The notes: generated from the letters alone by a model not told the origin. Numbered from the stretch's first letter, positions 42,215-51,847 are shown. The stretch is DNA of 60,874 bases from a virus (IMGVR_UViG_3300046018_000110:1-60874), one strand, 5' to 3'. A program made the numbers and translations.

Positions 42215-44309
42215 GCCGGTACACCCAGCGGGAGAAGTTCTTGCGGGCGTAGGTGAGGGTCGCCCGGCACTGCTCGCAGGTCACATGCTGACCTGCCTCG
42301 GCGAAGACAACGGGGCGATCCCAGTCCCCCGATTCGTACGCGTCGGGGGCCAGCCCACATAGGCTGTGCTCCTGTACCCCTGGGGCGCAGATGGGCGCTT
42401 GCTCAGTCTTCATCGGGAGCCCTCCGGGCACGGTAGTGGATCGGACCATCGTGCCTGTCGTAGCCACGGTCGCGCATCTCGGTACGCGCGAGCCGCAACG
42501 CCTCATTCGCGTCGCGTGCGTAGACGCGCAGCGGGGGGCCGCCGCGATCTCCGCCGGCAGGGCGGACGAACGTCACCTCGACGTCGCAGGCCTTGATCGA
42601 CCGGGCCGGCTTGGGGATGAGGGTCATGCCGCTGCTCCTTGCCCCGCCAGCGCCCGCAGTTCCCGGCGCAGCGCGGAAGTGGACCCCTTCACGCACTGCA
42701 GCGGAACGCCGCTGGCCTTGAGCGGAATGAAGCGTTTGTGGTCGATGTACTCGACCATGGCTAGCACCCGTTCGCACCCGGCAAGGCTGCGCATCGCGTG
42801 CATGGGTGTGTCGTCCTGGGCACTGAAGCGCAGGTCGAATACATTGTCGAACTCACGCTTCACATCCGCGTGCTGGCGTTGCGTCAAACCGACGATCAAG
42901 ATGCGGGTCATTTGAAACCCCCCGCCTTTGCGTAGTGGGACGCGATGACCAGGGCTTCCTCCCAGTCCTGCGCGTAGTGGTCTCCCTCGAAGGGGTCGGT
43001 CACCGTGCCTGGGTGGGGCTGGCCGCGCGAGTCTGCTTTCGGCGGCCACACGTTCCAGCCTCCGCCGCACTTTTCGATGTCGCAGCCGACCAGGGCAGCG
43101 AGGCGCTTTGTCTCCTCGCGCGCCTTGCGCTGCGTATCGGGCTTGCGTGCAGCGGGAGGGCGGAAGGTCTCCGCCAACATTCGTCCGAGCTTGGTAGCCA
43201 TGCTCACTTCCCCTTACCCTTGCGGGCAGCCTTGCGTTGGGCCTTCTCCATGGCCATCCTCGACTTGAGGGCCATGCCGTAGATGGCGCTGATGTCCATC
43301 GTCTCGCGCGACCTGAGACCCTTGCAGCGGATCTCGACGTAGCTGTCGACGACGGTGATGATGAGTTGACGCAGCCCCTTGTCGCGCACGAAGGCGGACG
43401 ACAGGCGAGTCACAGGTCTGGTGCTTGGGGTCATGTGATGCTCCTCACGCTGTAGTAGCCCAGGCGCAGCAGCGCTTCGACTGCCGCCTGCCAGCTGTTG
43501 GCCGTGATGGTCACACTCTCGGTGCCGCCCCTCTGGGGCACGACACAGGCCACGTACTCGCGCTGCTGTCCCCAGATGCGCTCGTTCCAGTTGTCCTGGG
43601 CGGCCTGCAGCGCAGCGCGCCGCCGGCTCTCGGTGATGGTGTCGGCCATGGCTCAGCCCCCTTCCACTTCGGTCTCGGAGTCGAACGTGTAGGTGTACTT
43701 GAGGCAGCCGGCGGGGCAATCGCCGGTGCGCTCTTCGTTCCAGATCTCGGCCATCGCGATGGCTTGCGCCTCGTCGTCGGCGTCGATGACCCAGGTGCGG
43801 GCTTCGACCTGGGTGATGGTGATGCTGTACTTCATGACAGGTTCTCCTGCGTCAGTTCAATCGCGTGCTGGTGCAGGACGCTGCCCGCATCGGCCAAGCG
43901 CTTCACGAAGGCCAGGGCATCGTCGTCGTTGGCGAAGATGTTCAGCTCGTCGTCGCGCTGCAGCTCGGTGCCGTTGAAGATGCCCCAGCCCTCGTGCTGC
44001 GCGAACACGTTGATCGCCTCGGTGAGGTCTTCGTCACCCAGGTCGGTCTCAAAGGAGCCTTGTCGTTCGGTGGTCATTTCAGATCTCCTCGCAGATGTCG
44101 CCATCCGCAGCGATGCCCAGGTAGCGGGCGTTGATGGTGTGGAAGTCCATGTCGCACTCGTCATTGGCGGCTGCGACAACCAGTTCTTCGGCCTTCTCGA
44201 TGCACCCAGACTCGGCGCTGATCAGCATCGACTTGACCCCGTCCTGCACGAGGAACAGGTGCCAGTCACGGTCGTTCGGGGCGGCCAGGATTCGTCTGTT
44301 GCGTGCCAT
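42201..44309 (-). CDS. Run of nine small coupled accessory genes (42201-42413, 42403-42627, 42624-42911 DUF2325-like, 42908-43207, 43204-43434, 43431-43649, 43653-43835, 43832-44077, 44079-44309)
   Basis: Overlapping start/stop codons and GGAG SD motifs. Confidence 0.6.
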
Positions 44310-44310
44310 G

Positions 44311-45069
44311 TCAGCCGCCGGTCGAAACGTGTATGCGCCCGTTGGCGCGCGCGATACCCAGGATCAGTTCCTTGTGGGCGCGCCAGAAGCGCAGCGCCTC
44401 GCGACCGTCCATCGCAGCGATGGCGGCGTCGTCGAAGGCTTCCCACTCGATGAGCGAATGGTCCTGGCATCCGATGGACATCTGGGTGTCGGTGATCGTC
44501 ACGCCCCAGGTCAGGCCGCCGATGAAGATCGGCGTTTGCGATGCGTTGCCGTAGACCCGGGCGTCGCCGTAGACCTGGGCGTCGCCGTAGACCTGGGCGT
44601 CGCCGTAGACCTGGGCGTTGTCGTAGACCCAGGCGTTGCCGTCGACCCGGGCGTTGCCGACCCGGGCGTTGTCGTAGACCTGGGCGTTGCCGTAGACCTG
44701 GGCGTTGTCGTCGACCCGGGCGTCGCCGTAGACCTGGGCGTCGCCGTAGACCTGGGCGTCGCCGTAGACCTGGGCGTCGCCGTAGACCTGGGCGTTGTCG
44801 TAGACCCAGGCGTTGCCGTAGACCTGGGCGTTGTCGTAGACCTGGGCGTCGCCGTAGACCTGGGCGTCGCCGTAGACCTGGGCGTTGTCGTAGACCCAGG
44901 CGTTGTCGTAGACCGACAGGCTGGCCTCAGCCTCGACGTAGCCGCCCAGATCTCCGACCGAGACGCCGAAGGCAGCGATGGCGACGAGGGCTCGGATGCG
45001 CTTGACCGTGCGACCCGGCGCGATGGTGATTTCGTCGCCGGGCACGAATTCGTACTTGGTGTTGCCCAT
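44311..45069 (-). CDS. Hexapeptide-repeat (left-handed beta-helix-like) protein
   Basis: About 20 VY(G/D)(N/D)A(Q/W/R) repeats; GDLGGYVEAE and IGCQ motifs. Confidence 0.85.
   Translation of the reverse strand: MGNTKYEFVPGDEITIAPGRTVKRIRALVAIAAFGVSVGDLGGYVEAEASLSVYDNAWVYDNAQVYGDAQVYGDAQVYDNAQVYGNAWVYDNAQVYGDAQVYGDAQVYGDAQVYGDARVDDNAQVYGNAQVYDNARVGNARVDGNAWVYDNAQVYGDAQVYGDAQVYGDARVYGNASQTPIFIGGLTWGVTITDTQMSIGCQDHSLIEWEAFDDAAIAAMDGREALRFWRAHKELILGIARANGRIHVSTGG
44545..44915. repeat. 18-bp coding tandem repeat
   Basis: GTAGACCTGGGCGTCGCC-type units. Confidence 0.92.
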
Positions 45070-45123
45070 GTCATTCTCCAGTGAGTTGCACTGCCCCCCG
45101 CTTACGCGAGGGGCGGACGTTGA

Positions 45124-46209
45124 TCAGGCCAGTTCGAGGATGTTGCCGGCCAGGGTTTCCAGCTCGATGCGCTCGGCCTGGAAGGGGATGCTGCGGGCGT
45201 GCGCCGTGACAGCGGTCACGACGTCCCACAGGGTCTCGGCGGGGCGACCCTCGTCGGCCATGTGAGCGGCCTGGATCTTCGGCGCCATGCGCGTGCCGAA
45301 CCGGGTGGCCAGGAACTCGGCCATTTTGTCGACCTTGGCAGCCTGGGCGCGTTCGATGACCGACACCACCTTGCCCGACGACGCGTTCGCGTAATCGTCC
45401 AGCACAGGGGTGATCTGTTCGAGGAACTTGTCGGGCGCCGACGCGGTGTGGCGGATGCGGATCTCGCCCAGATCTTGCGCGCCCCACACGATGCGGTTGC
45501 AGCACGCGTAGTCGAAGAGGAACGTCTTGATGCCGAAGGTCTTGTCACCGACCTCGCTGTTCCACATGAAGAAGCCGCGCGCCAGGGTGCCGCTCTTGCC
45601 GTCGCGACGGTTCGGGATGCTGATGCGGTTCTTCTCGTCGGCCAGGAAGACGAACATGTCACGATCAGACGCGAACAGGGTGGTGTTCTTCTTCGTCACG
45701 ACGACGTCCTGGCCGAATTCACCGGGGACCTTCCAGTCACCATCGACACCGTCGCCGAACCGGCGCATCAGGGCATCGACCACGTCGGAGTTCCAGATGC
45801 GACCATAGTTCGGGCCGGTGGCAGCGCGCAGCTCTTGCGTGCCGTTCGCGTACAGCAGCACGCCGATGTCCTCGGGCCCACGCTCGACCTGCAGACCCAG
45901 GTTCAGGCAGTCCGCAGCCAGGGGCGACGGCAGACGGCGCAGGTAGGCGGCGGGCGCCTGGACGAGGGAGGCGAGCTGCCCGAAGCTGTAGTGGGTGGGG
46001 GCGAACGGGTTGCCCGCCTTGCCCTCCAGCACCAGACCGCGCGCGTCGTCGGTCGGCATCACGCGGATGGAACGCGACGAGACGACGGTGGCGCGGGAGT
46101 GGTCGCGTTCGAACTTCATTTTCTGGAACATCGCGGGCAGCGACGTGAAGCGCTGCTCGTCCGGACGTGTGGCCCATTGGGTTGAGGCTTGCATGAGGGT
46201 CGTGGTCAT
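45124..46209 (-). CDS. DUF932-like phage protein
   Basis: ASTQWATRPDEQRF, ASDRDMFVFL, WNSEVG, CCNRIVWG, RIRH. Confidence 0.75.
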   Translation of the reverse strand: MTTTLMQASTQWATRPDEQRFTSLPAMFQKMKFERDHSRATVVSSRSIRVMPTDDARGLVLEGKAGNPFAPTHYSFGQLASLVQAPAAYLRRLPSPLAADCLNLGLQVERGPEDIGVLLYANGTQELRAATGPNYGRIWNSDVVDALMRRFGDGVDGDWKVPGEFGQDVVVTKKNTTLFASDRDMFVFLADEKNRISIPNRRDGKSGTLARGFFMWNSEVGDKTFGIKTFLFDYACCNRIVWGAQDLGEIRIRHTASAPDKFLEQITPVLDDYANASSGKVVSVIERAQAAKVDKMAEFLATRFGTRMAPKIQAAHMADEGRPAETLWDVVTAVTAHARSIPFQAERIELETLAGNILELA

Positions 46210-46293
46210 TTCAGAATCTCCAGGTTTCAGGTGGTGGGGGGAACAGGATGAAGGTTAGCCGCGCTGTCTGCGGCTCACCGTAGGGACAAACCC

Positions 46294-46554
46294 TTAGATG
46301 TAGCCGGATGCCCAGGCGACACTGACGACATCGGACACACGGAACGTGACCCAGTGCCGGCTGCCCACTTGCAGGAGGGTCGCGGTCTCATTGGGGTTGA
46401 TCTCCTCCAGGGTACCCAGGAAGCAGACACCGTTCGTCAAGGTCACGGACACCAGCAGTTCGTTGCCCTCGATGGGCTCGTAATCGGGCAGGAACGTCGC
46501 GAGGTTGAGGGGATCCGGGGCAGGCTTTGCGGGCCCAAGGCGGCGGCATTTCAT
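46294..46554 (-). CDS. Small protein with an Sm/LSm-like motif
   Basis: VSVTLTNGVCFLGTLEEIN...FRVSDVVSV. Confidence 0.5.
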   Translation of the reverse strand: MKCRRLGPAKPAPDPLNLATFLPDYEPIEGNELLVSVTLTNGVCFLGTLEEINPNETATLLQVGSRHWVTFRVSDVVSVAWASGYI

Positions 46555-46653
46555 GGTCAAAATCTCCAGGTTCAGCGGCAGCGGGATTGCTGGCGCTCTT
46601 GCATGGCGCAGGCCATGCAGCAGCGGACAGGCGCCCTTACGGGCGCTCACCCT

Positions 46654-47319
46654 TCAATGCATGCTGTAGCTCACGGTCCCGCTGCGCTGCCAGCATGCAC
46701 GGCAGTCGCGACATTCGCCCTTTTGGCTCGGAGCCATGCAGGGCTCACCGACGGGGCCCGAGTGCTGGTGCACGTTAGACGCGGCGATGCCTGCCACGCC
46801 CTGCAGGCTCAAGGGGATGACAACAGGCTTGTCGGGGTACATGGCCGACAGCCGAACGACAAGGTTCGAGGGCAGCGCGCCGAACTGCGTGACGTAGTCC
46901 TTGACCATGCTGTATTCCCGCGTGGGGAGCCAATGGGCACAGTTCGGCGTTGCTTCGCACACCAGTGCGATAAGGCGGAGATGGTCGACCGACTGCAGGT
47001 CTCCGGAGTCATGCCAGCGAAAGTGAGAATCGGCGCCAATGCTGGCCACCATGGCGGAGACCCATGCGGGATCTTCCAGGCTCACAAGTCGCGCATGTTG
47101 CGCGGGTTCGATGTTGTTCGCATACTTGCGATAGTTGCCCTTGTCTGCGTAGCAGACACTGCAGATTGAGCCCTCAATCTGCGCCATGCGGGCGCCGGTC
47201 TGGCATGCGGCCGTGGGCAGACTGTAGCTCTTGCATGGCATTTTCGTTGTCTGTGTCAGTCCGCCATGGACAACGGCCGCGACGGCCTTCGACATCGGGA
47301 TAAGGGGGATGACTCGCAT
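46654..47319 (-). CDS. GP88-family Cys-rich (radical-SAM-like) protein
   Basis: KMPCKSYSLP..C...ICSVCYA..G.Y; FRWHDSGD; C-terminal CRDCRACW. Confidence 0.78.
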   Translation of the reverse strand: MRVIPLIPMSKAVAAVVHGGLTQTTKMPCKSYSLPTAACQTGARMAQIEGSICSVCYADKGNYRKYANNIEPAQHARLVSLEDPAWVSAMVASIGADSHFRWHDSGDLQSVDHLRLIALVCEATPNCAHWLPTREYSMVKDYVTQFGALPSNLVVRLSAMYPDKPVVIPLSLQGVAGIAASNVHQHSGPVGEPCMAPSQKGECRDCRACWQRSGTVSYSMH

Positions 47320-47554
47320 CTAGGTATCTCCGGGTTAGCGCCGCAAACGTCGCGGCATGACTGGAGTATCGGCGGGTAAGCCGGGCCTACCGTAGGGACA
47401 AACCCTAATCGATTGTCGTCCGATGGCCGATCTCGCGACAATCGGACCCTTCGAACCCGTCAAGGACGCTTGAACCTGTCGCGAACCTGTCAATCGGCGG
47501 TTCGGCGCCATGCGCCCCCCATGCGTCGACGGGTTGACCAGATGCGCCGCGCGA

Positions 47555-47603
47555 CAGGCGCGCCATGTGATCCCATCCAGGCGCGCCATGTGATCCCATC
47601 CAG
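47555..47603. repeat. 23-bp tandem duplication CAGGCGCGCCATGTGATCCCATC x2
   Basis: Exact repeat. Confidence 0.9.
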
Positions 47604-47888
47604 ACGCGTGATGCGCGCGAGCGCGCGACTCGAGCGCCGCGGGATGTAGCGGCATCGTCGCATGCATGCGCAACCCGTTGTTCTGTATGGCGCAAGTGTC
47701 GCCTAGTCTAGGCGTCGCTCAGCACTTGCGCGCGTTGTTGCGCCTGGGCGCGACACACGCGTTGACGCGCGCGTTTGGCCAGGTTTTTGGGGCCTGTTTC
47801 AGAGGGGGACGGCGCGAACCCAGGGGGGCATCCCAGGAGCGCGCGTGCAGGCGCAGCTGAATTCAACGACAGACCGCGCGCTCATGGA

Positions 47889-47971
47889 CCTGTTCCTGAG
47901 GGGTCAGGAATAGGCCGATGGCAGACTGCGCGCTCCTAGGTTTGTTCCTGGGAAGTCAGGAATAGGTCGAT
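47889..47971. repeat. Two palindromic direct repeats, 52-bp period
   Basis: TGTTCCTGRGRRGTCAGGAATAGGYCGAT at 47891 and 47943 (25/29 identical). Confidence 0.85.
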
Positions 47972-48169
47972 TTCTGTAGCCGTTTCGGCTGCCTGTGTTA
48001 GACCCCCCGGCCCCGCTTTTGGACAGCCGCAGTAAGTGGCACCCCATCTCTGTGGAAAAAAAGCCACAACTTTTCGCCACTTTGCCCCCCTGCAGAGGGG
48101 CAGTGTGGCTTACACTCTGGGTCGGGTTACTCCGTTCTCGGAGGACCGAGATCTCCAATCAAGCCTTCG

Positions 48170-48198
48170 GGGCGCCGCTCACACCGGCGCCCTTTTTT
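48170..48198 (+). terminator. Intrinsic terminator in the late leader (tR'-like)
   Basis: GGGCGCCG-loop-CGGCGCCC-TTTTTT. Confidence 0.85.
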
Positions 48199-48211
48199 CT
48201 GGACTCACCAC

Positions 48212-48550
48212 ATGGCCAACGAATCGCTGCTCATCACGATGCTGCCCGACGGCACCTTCCACGTGAAGGAGACCGAGCCCGCGGGCGAAGCCGGCAGCAC
48301 CGACCCGGCGATCGACCAGTCGGTGAGCAGCGCCGACGAAGTCACGCAGCTGGTGCAGCAGTGGCTGTCCTCGGAAGCCGACGAAGGTGAAGACGCCGCA
48401 GATGGTGGCGCCGACGAAGCCAGCGAAGGCGAAGCGCCCCCCGATGCAAACGCGAACGGTGCTCCGGCGCCGGCCCAAGACCCCCAGGCCATGAAGTCGG
48501 CCTGGAACCAGGAAGCTGCGACGCGCGATGCGTCGGGCTACCGCAAGTAG
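48212..48550 (+). CDS. Acidic hypothetical protein
   Basis: First ORF of the late operon. Confidence 0.6.
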   Translation: MANESLLITMLPDGTFHVKETEPAGEAGSTDPAIDQSVSSADEVTQLVQQWLSSEADEGEDAADGGADEASEGEAPPDANANGAPAPAQDPQAMKSAWNQEAATRDASGYRK

Positions 48551-48558
48551 GAGAACCC

Positions 48559-48795
48559 ATGTCGAAAACCTTGTCCTCGAAAGTCAGCGTTGGCTCCGGC
48601 CACTCGGCCCCGACCGCGCCCAGCACCGGCACGGGCCCGTCGAACACCGACACATCCGTGAAGGGCTTCGGCTCCGGCAAGGCGCACGGCTCGACCATCA
48701 ACGCCGTCGGCGGCCAACTGGACAAGGCGCTACCGGCCCCCGGCGCGTCCGTCCGCGGCTTCTCCGGCAGCGGCGCGCTGAAGGGCAAGATCTGA
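48559..48795 (+). CDS. Small Gly/Ser-rich hypothetical protein
   Basis: AGGAG SD. Confidence 0.55.
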   Translation: MSKTLSSKVSVGSGHSAPTAPSTGTGPSNTDTSVKGFGSGKAHGSTINAVGGQLDKALPAPGASVRGFSGSGALKGKI

Positions 48796-48796
48796 G

Positions 48797-49201
48797 ATGA
48801 GCCGGGTACCCGGTTCGCCTCCGAGCACCATGGCTGCGATCGCAAGCCAGCGGGCGGAGCCTGAGAAGCCGCGTATCCCGCGCAACCGCACGTCCCGCAA
48901 GCCGGGGCGCATCAACCTCAAGGCGGTGTCCGAGGTGCTCGCTGAGCGAGGCCTGGACCCCACCGAGGCGATCATCGACATCCTCTGCCCCGTCGATGAC
49001 GAGGGCCAGCCGATGGACTCGATGCTGGACGCGGACACGCGCGCCAGGGTGCTCAGCGACCTGCTGCAGTACACGCAGCCGAAGCTGAAGTCGATCGAGG
49101 TCAAGGCCAAGGTCGCCGTGGGCACATTCGATGTGACCAACGAGCAGGCTCGGAAGATCGCCGAAGAGTTCCTGCTGCTGAGCCAAGGGGAGGCCAAGTG
49201 A
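48797..49201 (+). CDS. Putative terminase small subunit
   Basis: GLDP...LLQYTQPKLKSIEV; upstream of TerL. Confidence 0.6.
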   Translation: MSRVPGSPPSTMAAIASQRAEPEKPRIPRNRTSRKPGRINLKAVSEVLAERGLDPTEAIIDILCPVDDEGQPMDSMLDADTRARVLSDLLQYTQPKLKSIEVKAKVAVGTFDVTNEQARKIAEEFLLLSQGEAK

Positions 49202-49479
49202 TCAACGCGCAGGCCCATGTGTCGCAGCCGGTGTTCGATGGCTACCTGCCGGGCCAGACGCCCCAGCAGACCCCCTCGGCTCCGACGCTCCTCGAGCTCC
49301 TGGCGCGCATCAACGCGGCGGAGCAGCGGATCTCCGAGCTCGAGCGCAGCCAGGGCTGGTACCGCGCGCCACGGCAGACGCCGCCGCGTTGGGTGCGCCC
49401 GAGCGGCCCGGGCGAAGACTTCAATCCGCCCTACACGCTGACCTGCGGCGACGGTACAGCGTCCGACCTGGGCTACTGA
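49198..49479 (+). CDS. Hypothetical protein
   Basis: Coupled ORF. Confidence 0.5.
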   Translation: MINAQAHVSQPVFDGYLPGQTPQQTPSAPTLLELLARINAAEQRISELERSQGWYRAPRQTPPRWVRPSGPGEDFNPPYTLTCGDGTASDLGY

Positions 49480-50921
49480 TGGACAAGCGGGAACTCATCC
49501 CGCTGTGCTGCAAGTCCCTCATCGCGTACGCGCTCGCCATGTGCCCGGGCTACCGGCCGGGCTGGCATCACCGCAAGCTGGCCGATGCGCTGCAGCGGGT
49601 GGCGAACGGTACGTGCAAGCGGCTGATCATCACGATGCCGCCCAGGCACGGCAAGAGCATGCTGGCCTCGGAGTTCTTCCCCGCTTGGTACCTGGGCCAG
49701 CACCCGTCCAGGCAGATCATCCACGCGAGCTACTCGCAAGACCTCGTTGACGGGTTCGGCCGGAAGGTCCGGAACCAGCTGAAGGACGAGCTCTACAACG
49801 TCCTCTTCCCCGGCGCCGTCCTGTCCGACGACAGTCAGGCCGTCGACAAGTTCACGACCACCGCGGAGGGGGTCTACATCGCCGCGGGTATCGGCGGCTC
49901 GGTGACCGGCAAGGGCGGCCACCTCGTGCTGATCGATGACCCCATCAAGGACCGAGAGGCGGCGGACTCCGACGCCATCCGGCAGAAGCTGAAGGACTGG
50001 TACACCAGCGTCGCCTACACCCGCCTTATGGGCGAGGGCGCGATCGTGATCATCCAGACGCGCTGGCACGAGGATGACCTCGCCGGCTGGGTGCTGAAGG
50101 AGCACACGCACGAAGGCTGGGAGACGCTGGACCTGCCGGCGATCCAAGACGAGGAGTCGGAGAATCCGTCGGCCCTGTGGCCCGAGGACTTCCCGTACGA
50201 GCGGCTCCTGAAGATCAAGGCGACCCTACCCCCGCGGGACTGGGAAGCGCTGTACATGCAGCGGCCGCGCGCCGGCACTGGCGCCGAGTTCAAGCGGCAG
50301 TGGCTGAACTACTACTCATCCGTGAACCACCAGGGCATGTTCCGGGTGATGCTGGTTGACCCGTCCTCGGGCAAGCGCAAGAACAAGCAGAACGACTTCA
50401 CCTCGATATGGGTGCTGGGCCTGGGCACCGACGAGAACTACTACGTGCTCGACATCGTGCGCGACCGGCTCAACCTGACCGAGCGCACCGAGGCGGTCTT
50501 CAGGCTGCACCGGAAGTGGAAGCCGGGCCAAGTGCGGTACGAGCAGTACGGCATGCAGGCGGACATCGAGCACATCAAGGCGGAAATGGACAAGCGGTCG
50601 TACCGCTTCAGCATCACCGAGGTCGGCGGGGCAGTCTCGAAAGAGGACCGCATCCGCCGACTGATCCCGCTGTTCCAGACCGGCCGCATCTGGCTGCCGC
50701 ATGAGCACCAGTACACGGACCACTCGGGGAAGCCGCGCGATCTGGTGCAGCACTTCATCGAAGAAGAGTTCCTGGCCTTCCCGGTGGGCAGGCACGACGA
50801 CATGCTGGACGCCCTGGCGCGGATCTCCGAGCCGAAGCTCGACACGCCCTGGCCCAGCAAGCAGCAGAACGTGGGGCCTGTCCTCTCGTTCGGCGTTCTC
50901 GACGAGACGATCGGCTACTGA
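49479..50921 (+). CDS. terL: Terminase large subunit
   Basis: MPPRHGKS, LIDDPIKD, TRWHEDDL, VDP, HDDMLDA. Confidence 0.95.
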   Translation: MDKRELIPLCCKSLIAYALAMCPGYRPGWHHRKLADALQRVANGTCKRLIITMPPRHGKSMLASEFFPAWYLGQHPSRQIIHASYSQDLVDGFGRKVRNQLKDELYNVLFPGAVLSDDSQAVDKFTTTAEGVYIAAGIGGSVTGKGGHLVLIDDPIKDREAADSDAIRQKLKDWYTSVAYTRLMGEGAIVIIQTRWHEDDLAGWVLKEHTHEGWETLDLPAIQDEESENPSALWPEDFPYERLLKIKATLPPRDWEALYMQRPRAGTGAEFKRQWLNYYSSVNHQGMFRVMLVDPSSGKRKNKQNDFTSIWVLGLGTDENYYVLDIVRDRLNLTERTEAVFRLHRKWKPGQVRYEQYGMQADIEHIKAEMDKRSYRFSITEVGGAVSKEDRIRRLIPLFQTGRIWLPHEHQYTDHSGKPRDLVQHFIEEEFLAFPVGRHDDMLDALARISEPKLDTPWPSKQQNVGPVLSFGVLDETIGY

Positions 50922-50997
50922 GGTGGCCGCTTTCCTTCACCGGCTGCTGTCCTGGGCGACCCCCTGGCGCGGCCTTCACAACCAAATGGGACACATC

Positions 50998-51195
50998 ATG
51001 GCCGCACTCACCGACGTCACCTCCGCTCTCTCCGCCCTCTCCGATCAAGTCTCCGCTGCCGGCGCTGCGATCGACACGCTGAAGGCCGCGCACGCGACCA
51101 GCGCTGCGACCGCCACCGACCTCGACGCGGTGGTCTCCGGCATCAAGGCGGCGACCGACACCCTGGCCGCCGCGGTGGTCCGCGCTGCCGCCTAA
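50998..51195 (+). CDS. Small Ala-rich coiled-coil protein
   Basis: 65-aa helical ORF. Confidence 0.55.
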   Translation: MAALTDVTSALSALSDQVSAAGAAIDTLKAAHATSAATATDLDAVVSGIKAATDTLAAAVVRAAA

Positions 51196-51349
51196 CTCGA
51201 ACACGCGCGGCTGATCCCCGCGCTCCAGGCCTCCTGGCGAGCGGTCCCGAGCTCGTGGTGCAGTCGCCGCCGGGCGGCTGAAAGAGGGACTCCCGGCACC
51301 TACAACCCCGCGTACGCCCAGCGGGGCGTCCGCCGATGGAGAGCGGATG
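51196..51349 (+). ncRNA. Candidate structured RNA upstream of the HNH gene
   Basis: Six adjacent hairpins and a potential pseudoknot. Confidence 0.4.
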
Positions 51350-51847
51350 GCGCAAACCCTGGAAGAACGGAGGGCCGCGGAGAGGGCTCGCTACGCAAAA
51401 GATAGGGAAAGACGGATAGCCAAAGTCAGGAAGTGGCAATCGGCCAACCCGGGGAAGGTCAAGGCGGCCTCGAAAAAGTACTACGAGTCTCACCTTGAAG
51501 GACGCAAGGCGGCGGTTCGGCAGTGGTACCACGCGACGCGCGGCGAGAGGCACAAGACGCAGGCGGTGTACCGAGAGGCGAACGTAGACAAGAGGCGAGA
51601 GGCAGAAGTTCAACGTCGTCGTGCGCAGCGGATCGTTCTTTCTTGGGCGGACAAACCGTTGATGCGTGACTTCTACAGCCTCGCACGCATCTACCGCGAC
51701 GCCGGCATCGACTGCCACGTCGATCACATCGTCCCCCTGCGCAGCAAGCTCGTCTGCGGCTTGCACGTGCAGGACAACCTGACCGTTCTCCTGGCCAGCG
51801 ACAACATGGCCAAGGGCAACCGCCACTGGCCGAGCATGCCTGACTGA
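51347..51847 (+). CDS. HNH endonuclease with a basic helical N-terminus
   Basis: HVDHIVPL...VCGLHV..NL......NMAKGN. Confidence 0.88.
   Translation: MAQTLEERRAAERARYAKDRERRIAKVRKWQSANPGKVKAASKKYYESHLEGRKAAVRQWYHATRGERHKTQAVYREANVDKRREAEVQRRRAQRIVLSWADKPLMRDFYSLARIYRDAGIDCHVDHIVPLRSKLVCGLHVQDNLTVLLASDNMAKGNRHWPSMPD

Larger units (their letters stand above)
46277..47406. repeat. 18-bp box ACCGTAGGGACAAACCCT at 46277-46294 and 47389-47406
   Basis: Exact repeat with an internal AGGG-N5-CCCT dyad, each copy upstream of a leftward gene. Confidence 0.85.

Noticed and set aside
44545-44915. CRISPR or guide-RNA array
   Set aside because: Contiguous 18-bp units with no spacers, in frame within a protein
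47889-47971. Mini-CRISPR array
   Set aside because: Only two imperfect copies, a 23-nt spacer and no cas genes; kept as a binding-site-type repeat
51225-51300. HDV-like or hammerhead ribozyme
   Set aside because: GTCCC/GGGAC resembles HDV P2, but there is no room for P3/L3/P1; CTGAAAG does not match the CUGANGA core
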